From the human T2T-CHM13v2.0 reference genome, Homo sapiens, in NCBI RefSeq assembly GCF_009914755.1, contig NC_060926.1: DNA of 64,000 nucleotides. One strand, given 5' to 3'. The first letter of the stretch is position 1, and every line of letters starts with the position of its first letter. Shown here piece by piece: positions 1-16,468 of the stretch. The translations under genes were made by a program, and so were the position numbers. The notes under the pieces are model-generated. The model saw only the letters and a list, made by a program, of their open reading frames with translations. It was not told the DNA's origin and made no database searches.

Positions 1-199
1 CCTCAGATGCTACGGTAAAGAGGCTGAAGAGTCCGAGTTCAGAGCATGTAAGGAACAAGCAAGAAATTGAGCTTTTTAGATAAAATAGGGTTTTTGTGAT
101 CAGATAGAATTTGCTGCTCGGTTCTTAGTGTTGTTTGATCTTCGATCTAAGAAGTGGCTGACGGTCTGCAACCTGCTGTTCTTTGCGTGTTACAGCAAC

Positions 200-355
200 A
201 TGGCCAACGCCCTGGCCAGCGCCACTTGCGAGCGCTGCAAGGGCGGCTTTGCGCCCGCTGAGAAGATCGTGAACAGTAATGGGGAGCTGTACCATGAGCA
301 GTGTTTCGTGTGCGCTCAGTGCTTCCAGCAGTTCCCAGAAGGACTCTTCTATGAG
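200..355 (+). CDS. LIMS1: LIMS1 (PINCH1) first coding exon in window; most of LIM1 ([10 protein letters not shown]...GLFYE). Exon starts at 196 after an acceptor; upstream first exons lie outside the window
   Basis: tacag|caacATG at 191-202; 52 codons with CxxC...HxxCxxCxxC LIM pattern matching the known PINCH1 N-terminus; donor GAG|gtgag at 355/356. Confidence 0.97.
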
Positions 356-2820
356 GTGAGTTGCACTGGACAAAAGCAGGGAGGTGCCATTCCCCGCCCT
401 CCCGCTTCCTGCCCTTCTTTCCTGAGGCCTCCTCCTTCATGTTCAGTTTCATGATGAAAGACTGAAGTGCCACATGCATGCCAGGTATTTGATAGCTGTG
501 AGGTCAGAGGTGGCATCTCTATGGCCCATATGGGCAGTGGCGTGATTGGGACACCCTCACAGACCCTGCATTTGTATTGCTCAGTTCATCGTCCTATTTC
601 AGAACCCAGAGTCCCTTATGACAGAGCCTTTCAGACCTAAGCAGCTCAGCTCCACATAGAAAATTCTTTCTGAGTCTTCAGCCACACTCAGGCCCCCCAC
701 ACACCTCACCCACTCCTGTCTCTGTGTCTTTCCCCCTTCTCAGAGGACCACTGGACCTGCTCTAAAGGAGAGCGTGTGGTGTACGTCACCCCCTCCACAA
801 CTTCCCAGCCTCGAGCCAGGAGCGTCCATGCATTTATTTTCTAAGGGAAAAAAAAATAAGTATTTTAGGGAACTATACTGTCTACATTTAGCTCTCCTGG
901 GTGTCTATGTTCTTTTCTAAATATTTGTTTTTCTTGATCCTCGGGTGTTAGCATATGGTCTGCACTTCCTTTGTAGTGTATTTGGTATTTTCAACATTAC
1001 TGAAACCCCTTTCTTGTTGTTTTTTATTGTTTTGTTTTGTTTGAGACAAAGTCTCATTGTATAGCCCAGGCTAGAGTGTAGTGGCATGATTATAGCTCAT
1101 TGCAGCCTTGAACTGCTAAGCTCAAGTGATCCTCCAGCCTCAGCCTCCTGAGTAGCTGGGGCTACAGGCACGTGCCACCATGCCCGACTAATTTTATTTT
1201 TCATAGAAACGGAGTCTCCCTATGTTGCCCAGGCTGGTCTCAAACTCCTGGGCTCAGGTGATCCTCGGCCTCCCAAAGTGCTAGGATTACAGGTATGAAC
1301 CACCATGTCTGGCCTACTGAAACTCCTTTCTCACAGTAAACATGTATTTTGGGGGATAATCTAGAAATGCTGATCCCAGGCTATAAATGAAGGTGAGAGT
1401 GAGGTGTATGTGTGTGTTAGATCAAATAGGTAATTTACTTTTACCACCTTACTTCTTACATATTTGTACGTAAATGCACATCTATATATGATAATATATG
1501 TATATAGAATTATTTTATAGCTGGAGATGGCTGCTCTTTGATTTCTTCTTTTGCCTAGCAGATTTTTATGTTTCCCTGTTATATAAACCATGCTTGAGCA
1601 AGGAAAGGTAGTTGACAAAGATCATTGGTAAGTCCATTGTATGCCACTCCGGCAGCATTTTCCCATAGAAACAAACATGAGAGTGGGGTTCCCAGGCCAG
1701 CCCACAGAAAAGCTGTTTACCCCATCATGGGTACATGAAATACAGGGCTAGCAAGTATGTAATAATGTCAACTTGGAAACAGCTTTAAGGGTTTGGGTTA
1801 AGGAATGCTATTTTATTCACTAGCACACATTTTTTTAAGCTCCTATTGTGTCCCCAAAACACACATTCCCAACAACAAAAACCTTAGCAGTGGAAAGAGG
1901 TTTTCGTTTTCTCTTTTCTTCTAGTTCTTTTTTTTTTTTTTAACTTTATTTCTTTAGGCCTCCAAACATGCTCTATGTATCTTCTTACAGTTCTTCCTGT
2001 TCTTCCTGACTCCTTCCCTGGGCAGTGGGAATCTTTTGGGCAAGGATGATGGATTTAGGGATGGGCAAATGACAGTTGTGAAGATGGACAGGAGCAGGAG
2101 AGGCCAATGTACCACAGCAGAAGAGGGCAGGAGAGGAGCTCCAGAGGTGTGAATGGAGGCATCAGGCATAGAGACCCCCTACTGAGGCTATAGGTAGATT
2201 GTGATTAGCTGGTGAGGAGAAGGAATAGGAAATCCCTAGGTGCTGCGGCAGCAAGAAGAGAGGGCGTTTGCTGGTGGTAGTGGTGGTGAGCCATGACTCA
2301 ATTCAGTTAAAGGGACCTGAGGACCTACTTCTACCTCGGCACCATGGAGGCCTGCCGGGACTATGGCAAGGAAGGAGGTGAGACTCCCAAGGCACATTGA
2401 AGGGAATTCTGGAAAGCTGGCTTGGAGAGAGCATGGTCTTCTCACTATATGAATCCCTTCTGTATCCCTCCCTTCTTTTTTTTCTCTCCTGTAGTCCAGA
2501 GAGGTTGAAATGTCTGATAACATAGCAGGTTTGCGACATGAAAGAGATGAGAGCCTAGCTGGTCTCCTAGTATCTAATACAATATTCTTTCCCTTACATA
2601 TTCTTTTTAAATATAAGATATTTTTATTGAAATGGACAATTATGACAAAGGCCTTAGGAGAGCTCGGTCCAGGGGAGCAATAGAGAAGAACTCAGAGAAA
2701 AAGACAGGCTTTGTTTTTCCAGACATTTTCCTTATATCCCTGGCTTGCTCTTTCCCCTGTGAGCACCCTGTAGCTCCAGCCCTCCGTCACCTTCTTTCTC
2801 CCATTTTGCCTGTGACTTAG

Positions 2821-2832
2821 GAACGAACATGA
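2821..2832 (+). CDS. Intronic alternative terminal micro-exon (ERT*), LIMS3/LIMS4-type C-terminus
   Basis: Pyrimidine tract ...cttctttctcccattttgcctgtgacttag| then GAA CGA ACA TGA in phase 0 with exon 200-355; AATAAA 2964-2969; recalled LIMS3 C-terminus GLFYEERT. Confidence 0.6.
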   Translation, partial: ERT

Positions 2833-5722
2833 TGGTTAAGCTACCTTCATTAAGCAGCATGACCGCTTCCTGAGCTCCTGCTGCCGCATTTAGGCCCTGT
2901 CAGCTGTGAGGCCACTGGTGCTGAGTCAGAGGGAAAAGCTCAGAACAGCCTTGAGCAGTGAAGAATAAAGTGTGACTCATCTCGTCCTGCCCACCCCTCA
3001 CACTGGACTATAAATACCCTCCCTGGGTCTGTGTGCTGTTATTCCAAAAGATGCGATGAATACCCAGAACTAGGCTATTCATGGGCTGTTGCCCAGTTCA
3101 AGATCTGTTGGGTCCTGAGGAAGATTACTATTTTGGCTAAATTGTTTATCATTAAAACCAGCCCAGGGATGTGTAAACCTGCATCTGGAGAATAAGACAT
3201 TTCTTTTTGGTTAAATGATATTAGAGAAAAAAACTATCCAAGACTGCTAACAAATAATCTTCACTTTCAGTTATATCCAGCAATAAGTTGTTTTCCAGAA
3301 AAGAAAGCTTGGAAACTTACCCAGTTTGCCTTCCATTTGGGACATGACTGATGTGCTTCAGTCTTTGTATAATAAATGCATCTTCGCCACTCTATATCTT
3401 TGTTATTGCTTTTGTCTCGTTATCAGAACAACTTCCTTCCCTGATTTCCACAGCCTCTATTTTTTCTTTTCTCTAGAAGACTAGTTAGGGAGACTTAGAA
3501 ATGGGGTCTGTGCACTCACTTCCCCTTGAAAATGTGATTTACTTTTATGGTAGAACTTTCTGGTACTTTGAATTAAATAGGACATTCTTCCCTTTGGCCA
3601 CAGAGGCAAGTATAGAATGAGATCCTTGTTTCCTAACCACTTACCAGAACATGTATCTGAAGAAATGAGCACCAGTATTTCTGTCTCAACTACAGTTTCT
3701 CTTTTTTTTTCTTTCTTTTCTTTTTCTTAAGACAGGGTCTTACCGTGTTACCCAGGCTGGAGTGCAGTGGCACAATCATGGCTCACTGCAGCCTTGACTT
3801 CCTGGGCTCAAGCAATCCTCCCACCTCAGCCTCCCTAGTAGCTAGGACTACAGGCACACACTACCACAGCCAGATAATTAAAAAAATTTTTTTTGCAGAA
3901 ACAGGGTCTTGCCCTGTTGCCCAGGCTGGTCTCGAACTCCTGAGCTCAAGTGATTAGATGCCATTTACCCAGGGAAATACCCTTTCAACCCAGAGGCCCT
4001 AACGCTAACTATAGTGGTTCCTAAATCTTTGTGACATCCAGCATTATCTCCAGTAAAAGAAGTATTTTAATTTTTCCCATAAGAAAATACTTTTGGGAGT
4101 GAAGCGGAGCCAACAGTTACAAGAGTGATTTAAGTCCAGGAAGTATTGCAGAGTGGGATGGACTGAACCAAGGACTAGGGACCTGGTGTGCAGCTGATTA
4201 ACCCTGACTTAGTACATGCTCAGGGCTGGGTTCTTTGTTGGTGCTTCACATTTCTCTCTCCTTAGTTTGGATTTCACAAATGTGTCCCTTTTTTCCCATC
4301 ACAAAATGCATTAACAGTAAAGACCCATTTTTTTAATTTTTTATTTTTATTTTTTTTTTTTTTGAGACAGAGTTTCACTCTTGTTGCCCAGGATGGAGTG
4401 CAAATGTGCGATCTTGGCTCACCGCAACCTCCACCTTGCGGCCTCGAGTGCTTCTCCTGCCTCAGGCTCCCAAGTAGCTGGGATTACAGGCAGGCGCCAC
4501 CATGCCCAGCTAATTTTGCATTTTTATTAGAGACGGGGTTTCTCCATGTTGGTCAGGCTGGTCTCAAACTCCCGACCTCAGGTGATCCGCTCGCCTCGTT
4601 CTCCCAAAGTGCTGGGATTACAGGAGTGAGCCACTACGCCTGGCCAGGAAAGACCCGTTTATGATGAGTAGTCTTGTAGCAAGATGTTTTACAAAGAGGT
4701 TTCTTCACTCATTTACTCTGATTATTCAGGAAGGCAGAAACTGAAATGGAAGACCCTTCCAACCAGCACATCTGTTTATCTGTGGATCCACTCACTTCAA
4801 GGCAGTTTATGACAAACCAGTATAAAGTACCAAAGGAAGATTTGCAACTTTGCACTTGACTGGAAATGAGACTTTCAGCTGGTTTCCGGTTCTGAGCTTA
4901 CTTGAAAGCAGCTCAGAATAATTGTTTCTTCCCCTAAAGGGAATATTTACAGAACTCCAAAACTTAAAACAGTTAGAGCCATTCTTGGAGCTCATCTTCC
5001 CCCACACAGAGCGACCCATTTCCACAAGCGGTGGGACCCCAGGGTTCTTAAGGCATTTTGTTTATAAACAATTTGGACCATACTAATTTGGACCATTAAT
5101 ATTTCTAACAGGCTTATTGTATTCGTTGTTTAAATCAGTTTGGGGATGTAATGTGTAGTTACCTAGAAAGGCTATATTTATAGAAATTTAAATCTTCCCA
5201 ATTTATGATTCTTGATTTTTAAAAAATTTTATATCATAGAGTTTTACTTTGGATCAACTTCTGGCCTTTCTCTCAGGCTCAAAAGTTGAGCTATACTATG
5301 TTTGATCATTTCTACACACTGTAGAAAAGAGGCAGCTCATTATAGCAGAAGTTCTCCACCTGGAATTAACAATAGTTGTGACACTGGAGAAGCATAGCCC
5401 AGAGTGCAAGAGATTTGCAGGATGAATGGTGTCAAGGAAATCTATTTCTAAGTCCTCCTATTCTGGTTTTGAAGGACTCAATTTCTGGATCCTTTTCTCT
5501 TTGCCTGAAAACATATTTATATTCACAATAGTACTTCTCTCACATTGCAAAAGAAAGAGATCCCAAATCTTACTATCATTAATTGCTCCAGGATACCCAT
5601 CAAAAAGGATTAGTTAGGGAGTGCTGAAACCCATAAGGCTCAGTCTTTCCCTGCCTTATGTATTTTCTCATTAAGTAGAAGCTTGGCTTTAGGAACTGTG
5701 TTGGATATTCTGTATTCAGGTA

Positions 5723-6050
5723 CAGATATGCACGCCCCTTAACCACAGGGAAATGTCTGAGAAAGGTGTCATTAGGCAAGTTCATTGTTGTGCAAACATC
5801 AGAGAATGTATTTAACAAACCTAAATGTCATAGCCTACAACACATCTAGTCTATATGGTATGGCCTATCCCTCCTAGGCTACAAACCTGTACAGCATGTT
5901 ACTATACAGAATACTGCAGGCAGTTGTAACACAATGGTGAGTATTGTGTATCTAAAAGTATCCAAGCAGAAAAAGTACAGTAAATATACCATATACCATG
6001 GTAGTATATATGGTCCATTGTTGACAGAAATGTTATCTGGCGGATGACTG
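5723..6050 (+). mobile_element. Tigger3a/GOLEM_A-like non-autonomous DNA transposon
   Basis: cctaggctacaaacctgtacagcatgttact core and ...atgactg terminus match the recalled consensus. Confidence 0.75.
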
Positions 6051-6074
6051 CATATGCTGAATTTAGAGACGTAG

Positions 6075-6344
<270 letters not shown>

Positions 6345-6534
6345 TGATCTCATTATCTGCCCACCTCGGCCTTCCAAAGTGCTGAGATTACAGGCATGAG
6401 CCACTGCGCCCAGCCAACAGCTTTCCTTTTAGGACTTAGCCTTTTTCATCCCCTGACTAATTTCAGAAGAATTTATCCATTTTAAGGGAAAGCTCTGGGA
6501 GAGCAAAGCAAAGAACATTGGTAAGAAATTGTGA

Positions 6535-7879
<1,345 letters not shown>

Positions 7880-8135
7880 GTGAGGGTATGCCATGAGCTA
7901 GAACAAACAGACCAAAGCAGTATCGCTTTTTGACTCTTGGGAGGCCCTAAGAGGTTAAGCAACTTGCCCAAGGCCACACAATGAGTCTTTCAGCCAGATT
8001 TTGAACGCAGGCAGTCTGGATCCATGGTCAGTGTTCTTGACTCCTACCTGTCTTGTTAAAAGATGTTTCCAAATTATAGTTAATCCTAATTTTATTTTAT
8101 CATATACAGTGATTATAATATTTTCAACCTTTTTT

Positions 8136-8166
<31 letters not shown>

Positions 8167-8277
8167 CTGCTGGGCTACTTTTTAGTGTTTTTATGCAATA
8201 TACATCTTTCTCTTTCATTTAATACAGAATAAAAGTTGATCATTTCTAACTAATGGAGTTATTTATGAGTTTTTACA

Positions 8278-8640
8278 CAGTCGTCTTATGGTATCCACAG
8301 AGGATTGGTTCCAGGACACCCCCTCCACCCCACTCCCACCTCACCCTCAGAGCTTACCAAAATCTTTGAATGCTCAAGTCCCTGATATAAAATGGTATAC
8401 TTACTTGCATATAACCTATGCACATCCTCCTGTATACTTTTCATTATCTCTAGATTACTTAAACAATAGCTAATAAAATGTAAATGCTATGTACATAGTT
8501 GTTACACTGTGTTTTTAAATTTGTATTATTTTTATTTTTCTATTGGTATTTTTTATTGTTTGGGGTTTTTTCTTCCACATATTTTTTTATCCTTGGTTGA
8601 TCGAATCCAAGGATGCAGACCCAGCAGATACAGAAGGCTG
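8278..8640 (+). mobile_element. MER2 (Tigger-family) element
   Basis: cagtcgtc...ggattggttccaggacaccc...gctcaagtccctgatataaaatgg. Confidence 0.75.
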
Positions 8641-8659
8641 TTTTGTGGTCATTTTGTTT

Positions 8660-9362
8660 TTTTGTTTCTAATTGACATAATAATTACACACATGGGGCAC
8701 AGTGTGATGTTTCAATACATGTATACATTGTGTAAAAATCAAATCAGGGTATTTAACGTATCCATCACCTTGTACATTTATAATTTCTTTGTCGTAAGAA
8801 CATTCAAAATATCCCTTTTCTAGCTATTTTGAAATAGCTATTTTGAAATATTTTGAAATGCAATATATTATTAACCAAAGTCACTCTACTGTGCAATAGA
8901 ACACTAGAACTTATTCGTCCTAACTGTAACTTTGTACCCATTGACCATCTTCTCCCCATCCCCTCCACTCCATTCTCCCCAGCCTCCAGCAACCTCTATT
9001 TTACTCTCTATTTCTATGAAATCAACCTCTTTAGATTCCACATATGAGTGAGATCATGTAGTATTTGTCCTTCTGTGCTTATTTCACTTAATGTAATGTC
9101 CTACAGGTTCATCCATGTCGCCACAGATGACAGGATCTCATTCTTTTTTATGGCCAAAGAGTACTCCGCTGGGTATATGTACCATATTTTTTTAATCCAT
9201 TCATCCGCTGATGGAAAGTTAGGTTGCTTCCAAATCTTGGCTATTGTGAATAGTGCTGCAGTAAACATGAGAGTGCAGATATCTCTTCCACATACTGATT
9301 CCATTTCCTTTGGATATATTCCCAGTAGTGAGATTGCTGGATCATATGGTAGTTCCATTAAT
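8660..9362 (-). mobile_element. L1MA-type 3' fragment (ORF2 C-terminus and 3' UTR)
   Basis: ORF 9101..9358 [17 protein letters not shown]...[15 protein letters not shown] is L1 ORF2p C-terminal sequence. Confidence 0.88.
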
Positions 9363-11375
9363 TACTGCTAAAAGCTAAACATCAGATTTTTATACATATA
9401 GATGGCATACATTCATCAGAAATATATCGTGCTTCATAAATACTTGTACTTTTGGCTGCACATTATAATGTAGTATGGCATAGTATCGAGTAATAGCATA
9501 TCAATTTATTCTCTTCTGTTAATAAACTTTAAAAACCAAATACATTAATCTGGGCAAGGTAGTGTGTGCCTGTAATCCCAGCTACTCAAGAGGCTGATGT
9601 AGAAGGATCACTTGAGCCCAAGCGTTCAAGACAAGCCTGAACAACATAGCAAGAACTAGTCTAAAAACAAAAAGATACATTAAATATATTACAGCTTATT
9701 CATTTGAATTAAAAAGTGAAAGCTGGACATAGTAGCTCACACCTGTAATCCCAGCACTTTGGGAGGCCAAAGGCGGGAGGATCACTTGAGGTCAGGAGTT
9801 CGAGACCAGCCTGGCCAACATGGTGAAACCCCATCTCTACTAAGAATACAAAAATTAGCTGGACATGGTGGTGGGTGCCTGTAATCCCAGCTACTCAGGA
9901 GGCTGAGGCAGGAGAATCGCCTGAACCCAAGAGGCAGAGGTTACAGTGAGCCAAGATTGTACCACTGCACTCCAGACTGGGCAACAGAGCGAGACTCTGG
10001 GAAAAAAAAAAAAGTTATTTTTTCTAGGAGAAAATCTGCTTTGGTTGGTTCAACAGTAAGAACTGACTTTGCCAGTTAAGCTGTGGTAGATATGTTCACT
10101 AAATTGGATGCACTAAATCTATAGCCATAATTTGAGGAAATTGAGTTGCCAACTGATACATTAAAAATGGATATCATTAAAAATGGATTTTAATAATCAA
10201 ACAGTGTATGACTTTTGGCATATAACTTGTAAGGAGCTCGAAGACTCAAGGGGAGACATTACTATAACATTTCTCACAAGTTAGTAATGTGAAAAAGGCT
10301 TCTTAGCATTTCTCTATTAAAAAAAAAAAGGAACACCCAAAATAGAAAATAGACCTAGAATTAATATTGAACCTGAGTCTTCTAGTGGAAAGCCATATTG
10401 ATGCATGAGATACATGAAATAATTGTGGGAGGAAAGGGCAGCCCTACTCATTTCACTATCACTAAGATATGCTTTTCAAGTAAACATAGTATAAAAAAAT
10501 TAATATTTGTGTCTTGCTTGTCCTATACTAATCATTCTAATGATAATACAGAAGAAAATAAATGTTAACCTTTACAGCCTTATGGATTCAGAAAGCACAT
10601 TTTAAAATTTCATGTTATATATATTTTTTAATTGCAGAAAAGTATGATAGGGTGATCAGTTAAAGACAAGTACAAAAATATACTAGGATAAAATTGGAGC
10701 ACATAAAATGAAAACAGTTCAAGAAATGAAAGATGTAAAAATCTTGGCTGTTAAGAGAATGTTTTTTAATGGATTTTGGTCATTTTAAAATGTGCTAGGG
10801 CTGAGCTACTGGCTAACGCCTGTGGTCCCAGTGCTTTGAGAGACTGAGGTAGGAGGATTGCTTTGGGCCAGGAGTCCAAGAACTAGCCTAGGCAACATAG
10901 CAAGACTCCCATTTAAAAAAATAATAAAATACAATGTGCTAGAATATTTGCCCTTTGTAAATATTTGAGGTTACAGTGAGAATTACAGATATCGACCTGA
11001 AAAATGTGGGAGGAGAGTTGTATGTATGTGCATATTTTCTGGAGGGAGAGGTGATCCATAGCTTTCATCAGATTCATTAAAGGCAGGGTATTTGAGCCAG
11101 AAAACAATTCAGCACAGTCAGAGGCCAGGTCACCAGTCCCTGTAGGTGTACTGTTCACTCTAGCCTCTACTTATTCCATATGTCTTTCCTGTACCAACAT
11201 GTAGATGTATGGATGGTGCAAAAGAGTATCTGCTTTTTAAAATCCCAGTAGAGTTATAAATTCTTAGAGTAGAACTCTTAGTTTAGAAACATCTTTCCTG
11301 TATATCTTCATCAAATAATTATATTTCTCCTGTGATTGTTTCGTGTTTGTAAGTTGGTGGTACCCTCTCTTTCAG

Positions 11376-11442
11376 TTTGAAGGAAGAAAGTACTGTGAAC
11401 ATGACTTTCAGATGCTCTTTGCCCCTTGCTGTCATCAGTGTG
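11376..11442 (+). CDS. LIMS1: LIMS1 coding exon ([23 protein letters not shown])
   Basis: ttcag| acceptor, |gtaag donor, 67 nt, in frame with the previous exon; completes LIM1. Confidence 0.96.
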
Positions 11443-12517
11443 GTAAGTTTTACTGCTAAATGTCAAGTAAAAAGTAAGTTTCCGGCCAGGCGCGGTGGCT
11501 CACACCTGTAATCCTAGCACTTTGGGAGGCGGAGGGAGGAGGATCACCTGAGGTCAGGAATTCGAGACCAGCCTGGCCAACGTAGGGAAACCCCGTCTCT
11601 ACTAAAAATACAAAAATTAACTGGGCATGGTGGCAGGTGCCAGTAATCCCAGTTATTCAAGAGGCTGAGGCAGGAGAATCGCTTGAACCCAGGGGGCAGA
11701 GGTTGCAGTGAGCTGAGATTGCACCACTTCACTCCAGCCTGGGCAACAGCAAAACTCCATCTTGCGGGGAAAAAAAGTAAGTTTCCACATTACTTCAGTC
11801 ATTTCACACTGGTGAAGTATCGATGGTAAAAATGGTTTTTAGTGCTCATTATGAATAACTGTTGGATACTTCATCACTCCTCTTCCCTATTGTTAACATA
11901 GAACAAGCTGGAGGAGTATCAAAACCTAGAGATCATTGATTTTTAAGGACATTTAAGGTAGAGGTATTTTGGGATGAACTAGGACTCCTATCGGGTGGCG
12001 TTTGGGAGTGTTCTTTTCCTGTGTTAACACAACCTTTACCAACTTGCTTTTGGTTTTGCCCAGAAAGAGGCAGGGAAGAAATCAGTGAGGTGCTTCAGAA
12101 GCTTAGGGATGCTTAAACATTGCTTGCACGGCGCATAAGTGATGGACTTGCTTGCACGTTGGCCACTTCACTGGTTGCTAATACCTCTGCCGGGTTTCCA
12201 GAGATTGAAGAAACTGGGTAGAATGTTCTAAAGGTTTAATGAAAGAATAAATTAAGTATGGGTTATAAGAAACTGTGCTGTAGATTTCAGTTGTCTATGT
12301 TGACAATGACCAGAAATAACCAAAAGGCATTCAAGAGAGCCTAGTAGCTCGTTTGGACAGGAAAGCTAGATTCAGAGATGACACAAAACAGCCCAAAAAT
12401 GTGGCTGTTGAATCAAAAACAAAAATTCAGATGAAATAAAACTTTTTTGCTAATGTGCTTACTCTGGTAGACACATAAAAAGTTCTTCTACTGGCCACGT
12501 GTGGTGGCTCACGCCTA

Positions 12518-12832
<315 letters not shown>

Positions 12833-12918
12833 TTAATTGCTCTCTCAGTAAATAAAGTGCCATGCCTGTTACTTAGGATGTTACTTAGTAACATCCTTTG
12901 TGTGTTGCTTTCCCACAG

Positions 12919-13039
12919 GTGAATTCATCATTGGCCGAGTTATCAAAGCCATGAATAACAGCTGGCATCCGGAGTGCTTCCGCTGTGACCTCTGCCAGGA
13001 AGTTCTGGCAGATATCGGGTTTGTCAAGAATGCTGGGAG
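12919..13039 (+). CDS. LIMS1: LIMS1 coding exon ([41 protein letters not shown]), LIM2
   Basis: cccacag| acceptor, |gtagg donor, 121 nt, phases 1 to 2 consistent. Confidence 0.96.
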
Positions 13040-13473
13040 GTAGGTGGATTTTCATCCTTGTCAGATGTGGGTGGACAATGTGACTGTGACAAGATCATGT
13101 GTATTCTCCATGTGGGATGTAAGGCAGTTCTGTAGGACACTGAATTGAGGGCATGGGAACTCAGACACTGCAGTGTGTTGACTGAGTGCTGCTGCTGGGA
13201 GTGGACCCTTGTGTTGCTGTTCACAGGGCATAACTGCTCCATGCATGGCTGAACTACCAATGGGGGATGTACCTAGATGGAGTTTCTTAAAAATCAGTCA
13301 TATTAGGGTTGGAACACATTTTTCATGTGGCTTGATTCTGCCCCGTGAAGCACAGGAGTGATTTTTTTAAGAAATGGTTTGTTTAATTTCTTTTCAGAGA
13401 TAAGGGAAGCATATTTCTTTTTAACCATTAGAAAGAACCTAAAATTTTAAATTTAAGTTTTGACTCTGTTTAG

Positions 13474-13623
13474 ACACCTGTGTCGCCCCTGTCATAATCG
13501 TGAGAAAGCCAGAGGCCTTGGGAAATACATCTGCCAGAAATGCCATGCTATCATCGATGAGCAGCCTCTGATATTCAAGAACGACCCCTACCATCCAGAC
13601 CATTTCAACTGCGCCAACTGCGG
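13474..13623 (+). CDS. LIMS1: LIMS1 coding exon ([24 protein letters not shown]...HFNCANC/G), LIM2-LIM3
   Basis: tttag| acceptor, |gtact donor, 150 nt; overlaps ORF 13460..13771. Confidence 0.96.
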
Positions 13624-13981
13624 GTACTGGAATTGTTTCTTTTTTATTACACAAGCAGTGGGAATGAAAGATTACATTTATCTATATTTCTGTTACTCTA
13701 GCAAACCAAATTGTTTTTCTCCAATTTTTAGTCTAGAAAATTTTAAACCTATAGACGAGTCAAGAGAATGATATAATGAAACCTGTATACACTTAATTTC
13801 GTTTCACCAGTTGACATTTTGCCATGCTTGTGTGTATACAGTCCACATTCTCGTTTCACCCTCCTATGTATGTGTGCACGTGTGCCTGTATACGCATACC
13901 TCTAAAATTTCTCATGAGTCCCAGTATGCGTCTCCTGAGAATAAGAGCATTTTCCTATGGAACCACGATACTTTTTGTAAA

Positions 13982-14282
13982 TTTTTTTTTGCCTTGAGAC
14001 AGGGTCTCTCTCGCTCTATTGCCCAGGCTGAAGTGCAGTGGGCAATCAGAGCTCACTGCAGCCTCACCCTCCTGGGCTCAAGCAGTCCTCCCACTTCAGC
14101 CTCCAGAGTAGCTGAGACCACAGGCACACACCACCCTTCCTGACTAATTTTTTTAAATTTTTTGTAGAGATGGAGCCTTGCTGCGTTGCCCAGGCTGGTC
14201 TCAAACTCCTGGGCTCAAGCAATCTACTCATCTCAGCCTTCCAAAGTGCTGGGACTATAGGCATGAGCCACTGCACCTGGCC
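13982..14282 (-). mobile_element. Old antisense Alu (AluJ-like)
   Basis: ctcctgggctcaagcagtcctcccac signature; the only full antisense Alu seen between ~7.1 and ~28 kb. Confidence 0.85.
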
Positions 14283-14733
14283 AGAACCACAATACTCTTA
14301 TTATGCCTAAGAAAATTAGCAATAATCTTATAATATCAACTATCAGTCCATATTAAAAATATTCCCAGTAGCCCCAGAAATATTTGTCATCACTATGTTT
14401 TTCCAATCGAAGATCTAAAAACAAAAAAAGGTCTTATCTCTGTACATGCATAACTTTTACAGTTGTAATAATTAGGTATTATCTTAAAAGATGTTGTTAC
14501 ATTTATTTAATTTGGCTTGGTTTATATCTAAAAGAAATATATTTAATTTTTTGTCTTCAATAAGTTATGATAAATTGTTGGGCTATGAATTTTTCTCAGT
14601 TTGCTGCCTAGTATAAAAATTTAGTGGATAAAGATTCTTGGCCGGGCGTGGTGGCTCACACCTGTAATCCCAGCACTTTGGGAGGCCGAGGCGGGCAGAT
14701 CACGAGGTCAGGAGATCAAGACCATCCTGGCTA

Positions 14734-15094
<361 letters not shown>

Positions 15095-15097
15095 TCA

Positions 15098-15442
<345 letters not shown>

Positions 15443-15736
15443 TCACCTCTGTCCACTTTTCATTAGCATCTCTCCTAGAGAATTACATAAAAGGGATGAA
15501 ATTCAAACAAGTCCGTTTGACTAATTGGGACCATCTCTGACCAAATGTTTATTGATGCAGGAGACTGAAAATAATATTTAATTTGAGTATTTGGAGAAGG
15601 AAAATTCTGGGCATTTTGTTGTTTATGAAAATAAACCTATTAACCTATAACTATTTTCAACAGCTTGTGACAATTTAAATAATTGTTAGTAAATGGAACT
15701 AGTCTCCCAACTTCTCAGTTTGCTTGGAAAGGTCGT

Positions 15737-16105
15737 GTGTTAGTCTATTTTATGCGCCTGTAACAGAATACCACAAACTGGGTAATTTGTAACCAACAGA
15801 AGTTTATTTGGCTCATGGTTCTGGAGGCTGGGAAGTCCAAGATCAAGGGGCTGGCATCTGGTGAGGACCTTCTTCTGCATCATAACATAGCAGAGGGCAT
15901 CACATGGTGGGGGAAGAGGAGGGGGGAAGGAAGAGAAGGAAGGAGGCTGAACTCGTCCTTTTATAAGGAACCCACCCCCTCAGTAACAGCGTTAATCCAT
16001 CTGTGAGGGCAGAGCCTTCATGATGTAATCACCCCTAGAGGTCCTACCTCTCAACACCTCAGAATTGGGGATCATGAACTTTGGGGACACAGTCACACCA
16101 TAGCA
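15737..16105 (+). mobile_element. MaLR solo LTR (MLT1A-like)
   Basis: tgtgttagtc...aactgggtaatt...ggttctggaggctgggaagtccaagatcaagg...accatagca. Confidence 0.8.
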
Positions 16106-16468
16106 GATAGTATTACTGAGTCTACCCTCAGCACTGTGATTATTCCCTGTAGCTTTTAGAGGAAGACAAATGGACTAAAATGTAATGTGATAATATAAGA
16201 AGGAAATTATGAATATGACTGGTGTGGTGGTATGTATCTGACCTAGTCTTGCATCTTATCCTTTTAAGATACAGATGTTTTGGTAGGAGTCTGAAACCTG
16301 TTCAGGCCTATTAATTCAGGTTATTCTGATCACCTCTAAAGGGGAAAAAAGAAATTTGCAGGGATTGTCATAGTAATGTCTTTAAAAACCTTCTAAAAAG
16401 TGTGCTAGCCCCATCGGTTGGCCACTTTTCTCTCTTAGTATTAAGCTGTGTGTCTTTCTCACGGACAG

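Noticed and set aside
128-454. 108-aa single-exon ORF
   Set aside because: Read-through of intron flanks around the true exon 196-355
10030-11100. Possible hAT/Charlie transposon remnants
   Set aside because: Too diverged to support a call by eye
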